A stretch of 64,000 nucleotides of DNA from Lama guanicoe (Eukaryota), in NCBI GenBank assembly GCA_013239625.1, contig MU053304.1:992001-1056000 (forward strand), in the 5' to 3' direction. The notes beneath the pieces are model-generated. The model worked only from the letters and a program-made list of their open reading frames with translations, was not told the DNA's origin and did no database searches. The stretch's first letter is position 1, and each line of letters starts with the position of its first letter. Of this stretch, positions 13,090-25,820 are shown piece by piece. Both the position numbers and the translations under genes were made by a program.

Positions 13090-13963
13090 TGCACTTGAAA
13101 AACTCAGTCTTTCCTGCCTGTGTTTCTCTTGTACTTCTTCCACAGAATACTTCTCCGCTGACAATTCTGGGAACCAAATGTGTGGGTTCTTTTCCCCAAC
13201 ACCAAGCAATTCTGTATCCTATAATTTTGCTCAATTCTGACACTATCTACCTGGAGAAAGTGTCAGGTTCCACAGGTTAAGGGCGGTGTCCCACAAGGCG
13301 TGCCTCTTCTCCCGCACTGATAGCAAGTCCAGGATGTTACCTGGGCTTCTGACTGGTCAGCTGTAAATAAGAGGTTCCCACACTCCCTCCTCGGGTTTGA
13401 TTAATTGGCTAGGGTGGCTCACAGAACTCAGGAAAACAGTTTACTGTTTACCAGTTTATTACTAAAGGAATCAGATGAGCATCCAGCTGGAAGAGATGTG
13501 CAGGGCCAGGTGTGTGGGAAGGGGTGTGGAGCGTCTGTGCCCTCTCTGGCTGTACCACTCTCCCCCAACTTGTGTTTGCCAACCTGGAAGCTCTCCAAAC
13601 CCCATACTACATGGAGTTTTGAGGGAGGCCTCCTCACCCAGGCAAGATCAATTATTAACTCCATTTCCAGGCCCTCGGTCCTCCCTGGAGAATGCAGGAT
13701 GAGGCTGAAAATTCCAAGCTTCCATCCAGGAGGCCACCCAGAGTGGCCCTGTTAGAACAAGAGACATTCCTATCACCCAGGAAATTCCAAGGGATTTGGA
13801 AGCTCAGTCTCAGGAACCAGGCTCAAAGACCAAATGTTTGAAAGAAAGATGCTTCTAGGGCCCTCTGTAGTGCTCTTATCACTTAAGGAATTACAAGGGT
13901 TTCAGGAGCTCTCTGCCAAGAATCAGGATCAGAGACCAATAGGTATATCTTCTATTATCTAAC
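13090..13963. mobile_element. MER21-type (ERVL) LTR
   Basis: aattctgacactatctacctggag..tcaggttccacaggttaaggg..gtcccacaag and ctcacagaactcaggaaaacagtttac motifs. Confidence 0.8.
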
Positions 13964-14797
13964 AGGACACTAGAGATCTGTCAAAGTTCCTGGAAAGATC
14001 TTCAGGAAAACAACAAAACAAAAAGCATAAAAACTCCTTATCTGACCAGCACACGAGGTGAGCAAAGAGAACCCTGGGGAGGTAGGACAGAGCTGCCCAG
14101 GACAGCTACAGTGACTGAGAACTCACTGATGGGGGTGCGTTTTTCATTTGTTAATTTTTTAAAAAGTGGACTTTACAAGATTGTTTAAAATTATTTTTAA
14201 AAATATAAAAATTTAAGATTCTGAAAAGCCAGCTACCAGCCCGCAAACCCTGAGCTGGAAGAGCAGGTACAGGCAGAAGTCCCTGGCAGCTTTGCAGAAC
14301 CAGGCGGGACAGTGCCGAGGGACTCTTTCTTCCTCTGTCCTGGTTTTTCAGCCTTAGCCCAGAGAGACCCAGCTCACCCTGCATCTCAACGGTGTTGCTA
14401 AGAACACTTGCAGCCCACTCCCTTTTCTCGGTGAATCAGAAGGGTCAGAGTCAGGAGGAATACATTGGGTGGTGTTTCTCTAGGACGCTGGGTCACTGTA
14501 TTAGAAAATGATGCTGGTTCCATCCAGGATGAATCAGACCAGCCAACGTACCACATGGGTGGACCTGAGTGTGGGAGTCTCAAGATTGAGATCACCAAGG
14601 GAGGTAGGAGGCCTACCTGGGCCTGGGCTCAACCTGTGCTTCCTAAACCAGCTTCTGTCGGCAAGTCCTGAACTGGGGAGTCTCAGTTTAGGAACGACTA
14701 GAGTTCCCAGACTCCCAACACATAGATGGAACTGTATGGAGGAAGGATGCTTCCCTCCCCTGCTCTGTGCCCCTGACTGGAGGCAGCAGCAGCTCAA

Positions 14798-14816
14798 GGC
14801 CCTCTAGGGGGCAGCG
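14798..14816 (+). promoter_or_regulatory. Candidate CTCF site
   Basis: ggCCCTCTAGGGGGCAGcg closely matches the CTCF core consensus CCNCNAGRKGGCRS. Confidence 0.6.
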
Positions 14817-15195
14817 CTGTGCTCTTCATCCTCAGTTCAACCTGCATCTGGACAGTTCTCAGAGCGCCCTTGTACTTAACTGTCTGACACGGTGGTTTGC
14901 CTTCAGCAGAAGATTGGGACTCAAGTGCCACTGATAAAGGGTCCCACCTGGGCCACAGAGTGAAGCCACAGCATAGGGAGAGGAGCAGAGAGGTGGCAGG
15001 GCTCTCAGCCTCAGTGGGACCACAGAGAGCAGAAGGATGAGGCTGGAATCCAGTTACTTCGAGGGTTCTCTGGGCCTGGCCCTTTGGGGGGCTTTTTTTG
15101 GGGAAGGAGAGAGAGACTAAATAAATGACATTAAAGGCAAGGGCGCTATGGTCTGGTGTTAATGAGTGAACTCAAAGACTCCTGAGCATACACTT

Positions 15196-15333
15196 TGAAG
15201 GGGAGCAGAATATGCCACTCAAAATGTGCCCCTTTGGCACGTGGGTTATTTTAAGCTGAAGGCGATCAAAACCCACTAGACTCAGGAAAAGCTTTTTATC
15301 TCTCCCTTACCTGCTATTACCAGAGATAGCTTT

Positions 15334-15385
<52 letters not shown>

Positions 15386-15668
15386 AACTCTGGAAGACTT
15401 AGCTGCATGACTGGGCAAATGCCTGATTGCAACCATCTGCACTTCTCATCTTCCTGGGAGTGGCCCTCCTCCCTTCTGGCCTCAGGCCCCTGTCCCATTC
15501 CTCAGCTCGGGATGGCGTATAAGTCTCAAGTGCCTGATGGCATTTGAGCCTCATATCCTTATGGGGGCTCCTGTATGTACAAAACTAAATTTGTTTTTCT
15601 CCTGTATTCTGTCTTATGTCAACGTAATTATTAGGCCAGCCAAAGAATCTACAACTTTAAGCTTCTTC
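15196..15668 (+). mobile_element. MER34/MER39-like ERV1 LTR containing a (TTTA)n microsatellite (about 15331-15384)
   Basis: Start tgaaggggagcagaatatgccactcaaaatgtgcccctttggca; end tttgtttttctcctgt..ttattaggccagccaaagaatcta..ttca. Confidence 0.7.
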
Positions 15669-15679
15669 ATAGTTTATTT

Positions 15680-16095
15680 AAGTTAATGTAACAAAGAGGT
15701 CCAAAGATACACTGCCCTAAAAATGGCAGTTCTTTCTTCTGGAGTCAGTGATCCAGGGATGGTAGGGAGGCTCTGCCACCCTCAACAGGTGTCTTCCTTT
15801 CCTGCCTCCAGGGCAGCTGGCCTAGGACCCTCCATCTCCCAGCCAGTGGGAGGATGGAAAGGCAGGAGGGAGGGGAAGGCAGTGTCTTTTCCAGGGCAGG
15901 ATTCAGAAGGTGGGTGCATCATTTCCACTCACATTCCATTGATCAGAACTAGCCGTGTGACCTCACTGGCAGCAGGGGAGGCTGGGAAATGTGACCTCTG
16001 CTTGGGTGGCCAGCTACCCAGTTAATCATTTGACATTCTATTAGAAAAAGGAAGAATGGGTGAGTAGATATTGAGGGACATTTAATAGACTCTCC
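15680..16095 (-). mobile_element. Old MaLR (MLT1J/K-like) LTR
   Basis: ccactcacattccattgatcagaactag..gcaggggaggctgggaaatgtg motif typical of old MLT1 in reverse. Confidence 0.65.
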
Positions 16096-17580
16096 TTTGT
16101 GTCTAATAACAATTGTTCCATTAACTGGGGCCCTTCTATGTGTTGGGCATTTACATATATCATATTTACCGCAGCCTAGCAATGGGCACCACCCCCAAGT
16201 TACAGAAGCAGAAACCAAGGTTCAGAGAGGTGACATCACTTGTCCAAATTCAACCTGCTAGTGGGTGGTAGGTCTGGGATCTAAACTCGGGCCTGACTGG
16301 CCGCAAATAGGAGGTGTCTGCCAGGAGACAGTGAGTACCCCGGCATTCTGAGGCTGAGAGGTGGGGCTGACCCTCTACCACACTGGCCTCTGGAGGCTAA
16401 TCCTGACTGGGGTGGGTGGTGGAGGAAGGGAGGGAAGGGCTGAGGGACAGGGGAGCAGCTGGGACACCTCTCACACACACTTGTTTTAAGCTCTAGGGTT
16501 GCAAAGCCTTCTGAGTACAGTTTTAATGGCACAGTGAGAAAAGGCTGGGAATCCCTGTTCTAACCAAAGGACCAATCTTTCCTTCCTTTGAATGTTGGTA
16601 AATTTCTGACTAAAAATTTATAAAATAAAATGTCTTCATAATAAAGCAATATTAAGAGGAAAAGACTCATGGACACAACACTGTAAACTGGCTGCACTTC
16701 AATAAAAATACATAAAAAATAAAATAAAATCAGGTTATTGTAAAAAAAAAAAAGAAGAAGAAGGAGAAGGGAAGAATAGCCTTCTCTATCATTTCAGATC
16801 TCAGAAAAGCTGTTATTTCCAGCTTTGGATAATTGCGAAGGTCTTGCTCAGATTAAAGGTTGAATCCAGTGGTTTGTAGACTGTGGAGTGAGAGGTGCAT
16901 AGATGGTCCCCAGGTCTCCCATCCCTTTGAGCCACCTGCTCTTGTATCTGGTTGTCATGTTGGGATTTCCTGTAAAATTTCACTTGAGGAAAGGATTCTG
17001 CTGATAACGCTTGGAAACTTATGAACTAGGTCAAACTGAATAACGTTATGGATAATTTTCATTATTTTGAAAAATTATTTAATTCTTAAAAACAGGCAAT
17101 GTATGTACATGTATAAGTTTTAGGGTAATTTGTTACCCAGAGATTAGATGATGAATATAAACACCACCCTTAATCCCTGCTCCAGCCATTGTAGGAACTC
17201 TTCTCCAAAAGGACACGGACTCTTGGGGGTTAAATAATTAGTCTAGGTCTGTTGTAGGCAGCATAATGCCCCCCTGAAAGGTGCCCATGTCCTAATCCCT
17301 GCAACCTGTGAATATGTTAGGTTTCTCGGTAACGGGGGAATTAAGGATTCAGATGGAACTGTGGGTGCTAAGCTTTGATGTTAAAAAAGGGAGATTATCC
17401 TCGATTATTCCAGGCAGGCCTAATGTAACCACAAGGATCTTAAAAGGGAGGCAGAAGGGGTGAGTCAGAGGGAGATGTGACTATAGAAGAATAACAGTGT
17501 TGGCTTTAAGGATAGAGGGAAGGGACCATGAGCCAAGGAATGTGGGCAGCCTTTAGAAACTGTTTAAAAAGCAAGGAAAT

Positions 17581-18615
17581 TGTCCTAGTCTGCTGGGAAA
17601 CAAGCTGCTGGAAAACAAGCCGCTGGAAAAGAAGCAACTAGAGAACAAGCTGCACTTAAATTTCCATGAGCTTAAAATATTATATTCACACTTACTTGCT
17701 TAAAGTGCACATGCTTGCTTTGTTTTACGGAGTAGATGACCTATAACACGTATTATGCTAAAGAAAATTTGTGAGGGGCCATCCCGAGATTGACCATAAG
17801 GACACAAAGGAGGGAAGATATTTCCTTAGGGTAAAACAATGAATGGTCCTGGAGAGCCAGATCATCCATTAACAGAACTTTGTTCTGGCATGAAAGCATA
17901 CTGTTGAACCCAGGGGAAGTATTTGCTATCTTGAGATGTCCTGGAGGCAATGACAGGATAGACTTAGAAATTTTGCATACCCCGAGGAGGGTGATTGTTC
18001 CTGGAAGGGATAGGCCTGAAGTTAATCAGTTAATCAGCAAGCAGAACTTAATGCTTACCACACGGAATATCTAAAGCCCCACCTCTCTGATCGCATTTTT
18101 TTCTGAGCTGTTTACTCCTAATAAATATGATGTCGACCACGCTTTTGGTGCTCTAGATCCACGAGATCTTGAGTCCCCTGGTCCCATCTTTGCTCTTTAC
18201 TTTGTCTCTTTGTTTCTTAAGTCTTGTGTCGCTCGTCCTCAGACACGGTCCCGAGCTGCCCTGGACGCAGCACTAGTCAATTTAGGCTGTGATAACAAAA
18301 CACCACAGACTGGCTGACTGAGAACAAGAGTTTATTTCTCACAATGCTGGGGGCTGGGAAGCCCAAGATTTGGTGTCTGGTGAGAGCCTGCTTCCTTAAT
18401 CACAGACGGCCATCTTCTTGCTGAGTCCTCACGTGGTGAGAGACCAGAGGTCGTTCTGGGGTCTCTCTCTTAAGGGCACTAATCCCATCATGAGGGCTCC
18501 ACCTTCATGGTTTAATCACCTCCCAAAGGCCTCACCTCCAAATACTATCACACTGAGGATCAGGTTTCAACGTATGAATTTGCATATGTTAGACCCAAAC
18601 ATTCAGTCTGCATCG
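17581..18615 (-). mobile_element. MLT1A/MST-like MaLR LTR inserted in MLT1D, itself interrupted by a younger LTR
   Basis: tgtcctagtc|aatttaggctgtgataacaaaacaccacagactgg..cactaatcccatcatgagggctccacc. 5-bp TSD gaaat at 17576-17580 and 18616-18620. Confidence 0.8.
17591..18272 (+). mobile_element. Young solo ERV LTR (682 bp), probably ERV2/betaretrovirus-like
   Basis: TG..CA termini with inverted tgctg/cagca. Perfect 6-bp TSD ctagtc at 17585-17590 and 18273-18278. AATAAA at 18120-18125 followed by a T-rich U5-like tract. Confidence 0.85.
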
Positions 18616-18999
18616 GAAATGGATTTTCCCCTCAAGCCGCTGAGTTCTGCCGAGTGAGAGCTGCATCAGACTCCCAGCCTACAGGATTTCAAGGTAACCA
18701 ATTTGTGTTGTTTTAAGCTGCTAAGGGTGTGGTAATTTGCAGCAATAAGAAACAAACACAAAGTCACATAGCCAGAAAGTGGCAGAGCAAGGACTCAAGT
18801 CTGGTCTGTCTGACCCAAAGCCCACCCTTTCCCCCATCCCACCCTGGCTCCTAGATTGCAGAGAGACTCACCTTTCCTGCCCACTGCTAATGCCTGAGTC
18901 AGCTGAGCAGGAAGTATGGGCGCTGGGCTGCTGCTTCAGGGGTAGGGCTGGGGGGCTGATCTGGCTGCTCCGGAGCCTGTGGTTAGAACACAGATCAGA

Positions 19000-19320
19000 T
19001 CTTCTAAATTAACTCAACAAGGAGGCCATTAAAGGTGTGGCTGGCTCCATGGTGCTTACATCTACCTAAGCAAACAAAATCTAAGCCAGTACGTGCCTCA
19101 GGGTCATGAAATCCAAATGCTAAGGACAGCCAATTACAAACAGCAACTTGGCTTCAAAGGATAGTCAGTCAGATAATCTCCTTTCTTTGCTTCTGCACTT
19201 TAGCACTTTATCTGTACGTCTGACCTTCCCCGACTCCAGTTTGGTGCTGCCCGATTTGAATTGAGTTTTGTTCAATTAAACTCTTAAAAGTTTTAATATG
19301 CCTCAGTTTATCCTTTAAGA
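19000..19320 (+). mobile_element. ERV1-type LTR remnant
   Basis: aaggaggccatta..cagccaattacaaacagc..ttcaattaaactcttaaaagttttaatatgcctcagtttatcttt-like LTR ends. Family uncertain. Confidence 0.55.
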
Positions 19321-20103
19321 GATCCTAACAGTGCTGCACCATCTCCCCCAGAGGGAACAGTCACATCCTTGTCTTCCGTGGAAAAGCATCCGTCTCTTGG
19401 TTATTTGGTCATTCCATACTTTCTGAGTGCATGGGATGTTCAAGTATCGAGCATATTCTGTAAGAATACAGTGTTGACTGGGATGGACATGGAAGTTTCT
19501 TACTCATGTGGAGGTTGCCATCTGGGGAGAAAAGAAAGACCTGTCTTCAAGATAGCCCTACTCTGATCATCACCCCCATTTTGCAATCAAGGAGGCTGCA
19601 GCCGTGAAGTTCCCGGCCACATCCAGGGCCACGGGGCTACTGAGTGAGGAGGGGAATCTGGTTCCTGAGCTGGATCCCTTGTGTTCTCTGAGGAAAGCAC
19701 TTGTTTATTAATGTTGCAGAATTCACACTGGCACCTGCTGCAAATGGCCTGCAATGAGGGCCGAGGAAAGGGAGCCCCGGGGTTAAGTACTGGAAACCAG
19801 GAAGGAAGGATCAGGGCACTTTGTACCTGGGAAAAAAGAATAGGGGGTTAGGAAACGGTAATCATACCAGATGTTGGTCTTATATTATGTCAGCCTGGAA
19901 AACCAGGTTATAAAAGAACATTTGATGCCACACAAAGATGTTCACGAGAGGTTGTTAAATGGAGAAATTAAGTTGCAAAACAGTCTACCTTATGAGTCTC
20001 TCCTCACTTTTTGGGTAAAAAAAATCTACACAAAGGGATTTTAAAAAAAAGCTATATAAATACACTTTGACTTGTTAACCACAGTGTAACTAGATTGTGG
20101 GTA

Positions 20104-20252
20104 TAGAGTTGCCAGATTTAGCAAAAAATAAAGTTAAATTAGAATTTCAGGTAAATTGTGAATAATTTTTTGGAGCAAGCATGTCCCACGCAATTATTCG
20201 TCGTCTGAAATCCGAATATAATGGGATGTCCTGTATCTTATCTGGCAACCTA
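20104..20252. mobile_element. MER53 palindromic hAT MITE
   Basis: tagagttgccagatttagcaaa...tcttatctggcaaccta inverted termini. Confidence 0.85.
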
Positions 20253-20379
20253 ATATGGGGGATTTTTCTTTTTGTTTACCTGTTTTTTTTTTTTTTAAAG
20301 ATAAATGGACATTACTTTTGAAATAAAAAGGGGAACCAACCAGAGTTCTGCCTTGTGTAAGAAAGATCAGTTAGAGGTG

Positions 20380-20720
20380 TGCACGGTGGATTCCTGGACT
20401 CCCCCTCCCCCTGGGGCTAACTCCGCTGAAACAAAAAATTAATCTGCGCTCGCTGGGGCCCTGGCAGGGACGGCGTTTCGTGACGCCGGCTGAGCGATAC
20501 CGACCACCAGACGGCGCTGCCGGGCTGCGGGTCCGGGACGCCAGGGATGCGTTGTCTGGGGAGAGGGAAACATAACCAGTCCTTCTGGGAGCCAGGTGGC
20601 CCTGGGGAGTCTCCAGGGGCACGAGTGCAGGAAGAGCTGGGTGCAAAGTTGGAACTCTTATTCCCAAAGCACACCGCGCGCTCCCTTTCCCTCTGCGACG
20701 CCCCGGAGCTGCTATGACTG
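20380..20720. promoter_or_regulatory. Small intergenic CpG island with a candidate CTCF site at 20501-20519
   Basis: Local CpG enrichment. cgaCCACCAGACGGCGCtg matches the CTCF core. Confidence 0.65.
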
Positions 20721-21598
20721 TGGATGGGTCCTTGGGACAGAACCGAGGTATCAACCACCTGTTGTGCTGTCCTGTGTATCCTGGTCCCTTTCCTCCAACT
20801 AGCCCTCAGGCATCTCCTCACTGATTTAGTTCATATTCCTCCAGGGACTGAAAGGGTCTCAGTCCCTGCCCTGGGGCACCCAATGGTGCGCAGACTCCAG
20901 GAGAGGGAGGGAAAATGACTCCTGTTCCCAGGGAAGGGAGGGTCCAGCTCCCAGGCAGAGCGGAATGAAGGGTCTTGAGCAAGTGTGCAGCGATGCTCTG
21001 AAACTGTAAATTGCCGACATAGCTGAGCTTGGGTCCACACCGTGGCACAGCGTGTGCTGAACAAAGGAGAAGTTCAGTAGATGTTTTTCATCCAATTGAC
21101 AAGTATTCTGAGGCCTTTGTTGTGCCAGGCACTGGGCTAGGGTCTGGGGATGAAATCCCTGCCCTGTGGGAGCTTATATTTTGATAAGAGAGAAACAACA
21201 CTGAACAGGTAGAACTATACGATAATTTCACTTGGTGTTAAACTCTCGAAGAAAATTAAACAAGGTTATGGGCTTCTAACTAAGGCCGTTTCCTGCCTAG
21301 TCCAGACTGGCAGTGATGCAGGGGGAGGGAGGAACAAGAAGAGGGTCAGAGAGCCACTCCCAACCACTGGGCACAGCCCAGTGCTTAATTCCGTAGGTAG
21401 AGCTTGGGGAAAATATAATTCTAGGAGCCACCAGAGTTATTCAATCCACCAGTTAGAAAGAGAAAGGTCCAGGAAGGTGGGGCTCAAGGGCTGGGGACTC
21501 TTTGGGTAGAACAGGGCAGGGGAGAGCTCAAGATCAGCCCAGCCTGGGAGGGGTCAGGCATAAAGAAAGAGAAGGAGCGCCTCAGAGGGCTAGGGGAA

Positions 21599-22021
21599 TG
21601 TGATGGTTAATTTATTTGTCAGCTTAGCTGGGTCATAGTGCCCAGATACTTGCCAATATTATTCCAGATGTTTCTATGAAGGTTTTTTTTTTTTTCTTTT
21701 TGGATGAGCTGAACATTGAAATCAATTGTCTTTGAGTAAAGCAGATTGCTCTCGTAACATGGGTGGGCCTGATCCAAACAGTTGAAGGCCTTTAAAAAGA
21801 AGCCAGAGCTCCCTCAAGAGAGGTGGAATTTGTCAGCAGACTGCTATTGTACTTGAACCTGCAGCATCAAGCCTTCCTTGGATCTCTACCTGTTGGCCTA
21901 CTCTACAGATTTTAGACTTGCTAGCATCCACAATCATGTGAGCTAATTTGTTAAAATAAATCTCTCTCTACATACACACATCCTATTGCCTCTGTTTCTC
22001 TGGAGAACCCTGACTAATATA
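21599..22021 (+). mobile_element. MLT2 (ERVL) solo LTR
   Basis: tgtgatggttaattt..gtcagcttagctggg start and tctgtttctctggagaaccctgactaata end. Near-TSD gggaa/gggag. Confidence 0.9.
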
Positions 22022-23234
22022 GGGAGCCCCGGGCCCTGGCTGAGGCTGGCAGGTCTGAGAATTCTCTGAGACTTTCATCTTTTAAGGAGCATCTGCGATG
22101 TGTTGAGCTCTCAGGCACTGAGCACAGTGACTGCACGTGGCTGCAGCTGAGAATCCAGAACTGGATGGTGTGGGCCTGTTCCTGTCACAGCTTTGGGTGG
22201 ATATTTAGCCCAGAAGGAAGGCATTGGACCTGGGCAATGAGGCGAGAAAGCCCCTCGATGGATAGAATTCCCCTTGGTGGGAACAATCTCTGGGAAGATG
22301 CCTTAGACTGGCTCAGAGTAGTGAGACTGTCCCTCCCCCTTTCCCTGGGTGCCTTTATCCAGCACCTGACCTGCCCAGCCTGGCTCAGGCTGCTCTCTGG
22401 CCCATTCAGGGGAGCTGAGGGGGGTTCTACCTGCTTTCAGGGAGCTTGTAGTCAGGTGGCTCATTGGTGAGAAGAGTAACATACAGTGAGTTGCCACACA
22501 TATGCCCATAAGTTAGGAAAGCCAATTAAAAATCTGGAGATGAAGAAGTAAAAAACAAAAGTCTCATTAACTCATTTCTCTCTTCCCACCTCCATTTTCA
22601 AACTAGACCTGCCCCAAGGCAAGGGAGAGCCTACCTACAGGGCAAGGGAACAAATTGATTTTTGCTTTTGAGCTTCAAGGTCTGGCTCATGGCAGTTTAA
22701 AAGGGATCTTTGAGGGTGATTTTGGCCAGACGGATTTAAGCTTCTTGTCCTGACTTTTGAATCTCCCACTCACCCCTTGGGAATCTGGGCTTTGCAGAAC
22801 CAGTCCAAGGTTAGTGTGCAAAACCATTAGCAAGACTAATCGCCAAATGAATTTTCTCGTAAGCCTGGGACCCTTCCCCTTAGTGGGAAGCCAGCAAATG
22901 CTGGTCGAGGGGTTTAAGCAAGATCAACACCCAAGGTCACAGAGTCCAATGGCTTGGGTGGCCGGCAAAAGGACCTCAGAGCAGGGGGCTTGGAAGTGGG
23001 CCCTGGGGAGAGGGTATCATTTGCATAGCTGAGAAGGGGTCTGGGGCCCATCAACATTTCCCAGAATGCCTTCTGTTTTCTTCTCGAAAAGTGGTGAGAG
23101 CCTGAGAGAGAGATGGGTTTCTTAGCGCAGTTGTAGTATGAGTGTTCCCTGCCACAAGGCACCAGCGCCAAGTCAGAAAGCAAGCAAGCTTAACCGCTGC
23201 CTCTCATCCCCCACGTTCTGTGAAAGTCTCATCC

Positions 23235-23669
23235 TGTAGTGGGTTGAATGGTGGCCCCCGCAAAAGACATGTCTGTGTTGTAATTCTGGGGACTTGTGAA
23301 TGTGACCTTATTTGGAAAGAGGGTCTTTGCAGACATAGTCAAGGAGCTTGGGATGAAGAGATCTGTGGGGTCGCTATCTGGATGGACCCTCAATCCAGTG
23401 ACAAGTGTCCTTACCAGAGACACACAGATGGGAAGGTCGTGTGAAGACAGAGGCAGAGATTGGAGGGCTGCCACCACAGGGAATGCTGGCGCCGCCAGAA
23501 ACTGGAGGCTGTAAAGAACAGAACCCCCCTTAGAGCTTCTGGAGGGAGTGTGGCCTTGCTGTCACCTTGACTTTGGACTTCTGGCTTTCTGGTGAGAGAG
23601 TAACTTTCTGTTGTTCTGAGCCAGCAGGTTTGCGGTACTTTGTTGCAGGAGCCCCAGGAAACAACTGCA
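23235..23669 (+). mobile_element. MLT1B/C MaLR LTR
   Basis: tgtagtgggttgaatggtggcccc..gtgaatgtgaccttatttggaaa..ggtctttgcaga; 3' end tttgcggtactttgttgcaggagccccaggaaac. Confidence 0.85.
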
Positions 23670-23996
23670 GGCTCCAACACACACTTTCTGCCGACTCCCG
23701 AGGGTTTGCAGTCCTGCGACTCTTCTTCCACACATGCCCTGTTTTGCCCTGTTTTGCCTCCATTTTGCTCCATGTCAACTGGGGACTGAGACTTAGTCCC
23801 CTCATCTCATTCTGTGTGAAGTGCACTTGCACAAAGAATTTCTTGTTTTTAGGAAACCACTGGTTATGGGGTTGGGGGTAGGAGAATCCCTTCTCCAGTG
23901 TAATCCTGGATAAATAAAATAATCTCTAGCCTTTGCAAAGTTATTTATACGCCTCTGGAGAGGCGGGTGTCCTGAGATACAGAATCGTGCTTATGA

Positions 23997-24030
23997 ATGT
24001 GTGTGTATGAGAGAGAGAGAGGGAGGGAGG

Positions 24031-24061
<31 letters not shown>

Positions 24062-24078
24062 TGTGTCTGCATGTGTGT
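23997..24078. repeat. Compound (TG)/(GA)n microsatellite
   Basis: tgtgtgtgtatgagagagagagagggagggagggagagagagag... Confidence 0.9.
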
Positions 24079-24619
24079 CCCGGAGCTGTTCCCCTCCCCC
24101 CATCCTTGCTTCCAGGGGAGAAAGGAAAGGCACTCTCTTGGCCAACAAGCCAGAAGAGCCTTGTTACCTGGAATAGGGGATGTTGCCTGGAATCTGCTTT
24201 CCAAGAGCAAAATAAAGGGAGACTGCCCAGGACTGAAGATGTTTTCTGGTGTGTCCCTCTGGGAGTGGTGGAGGTTTCTGGGGCAGGGCAGGCTCTGGCC
24301 ACACCCGGCCTCGTGGCTACTCACAGACCCAGCCCAGCGTGGGCCTCTCCTCTGTGTGCCTGCTGGTCACGTATCCCCCTCCACTGCAGGCCTCTTCCTG
24401 GATGTCCGGTGAGAGCCACCGCCATCTACTAAGTCTTACAAGCTGACCTTGGGAGCCTTCCTTGACACCCTCCTGCTTATCATCCCCTAAACCACCGGGA
24501 GCCTGCTGATAATATTTTCTGCTTGTCACTCAAATGTCACCTCCGCAATTTCCCCATCACCAGCTCTGCCGGCCCCTTGTTCCTCCCGGTGGCAGTTGTG
24601 GTGGTTGCAGTTTGTCTGT

Positions 24620-24740
24620 GAGCTCCGTGAGGGCAGGAATCATGGCTGCTTGTTGTCAGGGTGTCCCTGGTGCCCCAGACAGTGCCTGGTGCTCAAGAAA
24701 TACTCATCAAGTAATTGAATAACTGAGCAAATGAATGAAC
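24620..24740 (+). mobile_element. L2 3' end
   Basis: tgtgagctccgtgagggcagg..cagtgcctggtgc..tactca..ttgaataactgagcaaatgaatgaa. Confidence 0.75.
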
Positions 24741-25735
24741 ACGTGCAGCTCTGAGCCAGGATGGTGCTGGAAATGCTGGCAGAGCCCGAGGTCCACTTAG
24801 GAAAAATCCCAGGCATTCTAGATGAAAAGAAAGGGGAGAAACCCCGGGGTGATAAAGTGGGCCCCCCCCAACCCAAGTCCAGGGCTTGGACCAGCCAGAG
24901 GCCTCACAGGTCCTGGAACCAGAGGTTGGGGTGTGGATCATCGTCCCAGGGTTGGGGCATCAGGAGACGCTCCTCTTCACCTGCAGGGTATTTGCTAGGT
25001 GTGTTTTCCATTCATCAAACTTTTCCAATGGGTATTGGGTTCACACTATTGCAGGTGCTGGGGATTTAATCAGGTGAATGGAGGTGAGGGTGTTCAAGGA
25101 ATGTGGAACGTGAAATGTAGACCCTTCCCTCTTTTAGGAAGGCATGAGAGGGGGATGAGCCTAGTGTGATTCAGGAAGCCATTCTAAACTTCCTGCGTGG
25201 GTGGCAGACTCCTTGCACCTGGCAGCAAGCTCCATCATAACCTTCTCTGTCCACCCTGCAATGAATTCCCTGCACCCCAACATTTTATACTGAAATTGTC
25301 AAGCCTACAGGAAAGTTGAGTATAATGAACAGCGTTATCCCATCCCCTAGCTTCTCCAAGAGTTAACATTTGCTATATTTGCTTTCTGTTTCTCCCCTTC
25401 TCTGTACATTTTACATGCTTTTATTTTGCTGAACAATTTGAAAGTAAATTGCTGACATCTTGACACTTCACCTCTAAATATCTCAGCATCTCCTAATAAG
25501 GATGTTCTCCCACAAAACCACAATAGCATTATCATAACCGTAACGGCATCCCGTATGCCATCTTTATTCAAGTTGTCCCCCAAAAGTCTTTTATAGCTGG
25601 ATTTGTTTTTCCCTCTCAGGATCCCATCAAGGTTCATGTATGAAGTTTGGTTATGTCCGGTGGCCTCTCTTAATCTAAAAGAGTCTCTCACTTTTTGTTT
25701 TATTGCTGTTTGTTTCTTTTCGTGACATTGGTCTT

Positions 25736-25738
<3 letters not shown>

Positions 25739-25774
<36 letters not shown>

Positions 25775-25820
25775 GGCGTGCTAAACATGTGCTCTACCAC
25801 TGAGTTACATCTCCACCCCA
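25739..25820 (-). mobile_element. Truncated tRNA-derived SINE (5' half only) with a long poly(A) tail
   Basis: The reverse strand reads tggggtggagatgtaactcagtggtagagcacatgtttagcacgccct followed by A(~33). Flanked by cattggtctt / cattggcctt TSD-like repeats. Confidence 0.7.

Larger units (their letters stand above)
17253..18760 (+). mobile_element. MLT1D-like MaLR LTR, split by nested insertions (17581-18615)
   Basis: tgtaggcagcataatgccc..tgtcctaatccctgcaacctgtgaatatgttagg..gcaaggaaat, resuming at ggattttcccctcaagcc..tttgtgttgttttaagc..gtggtaatttg. Confidence 0.85.
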
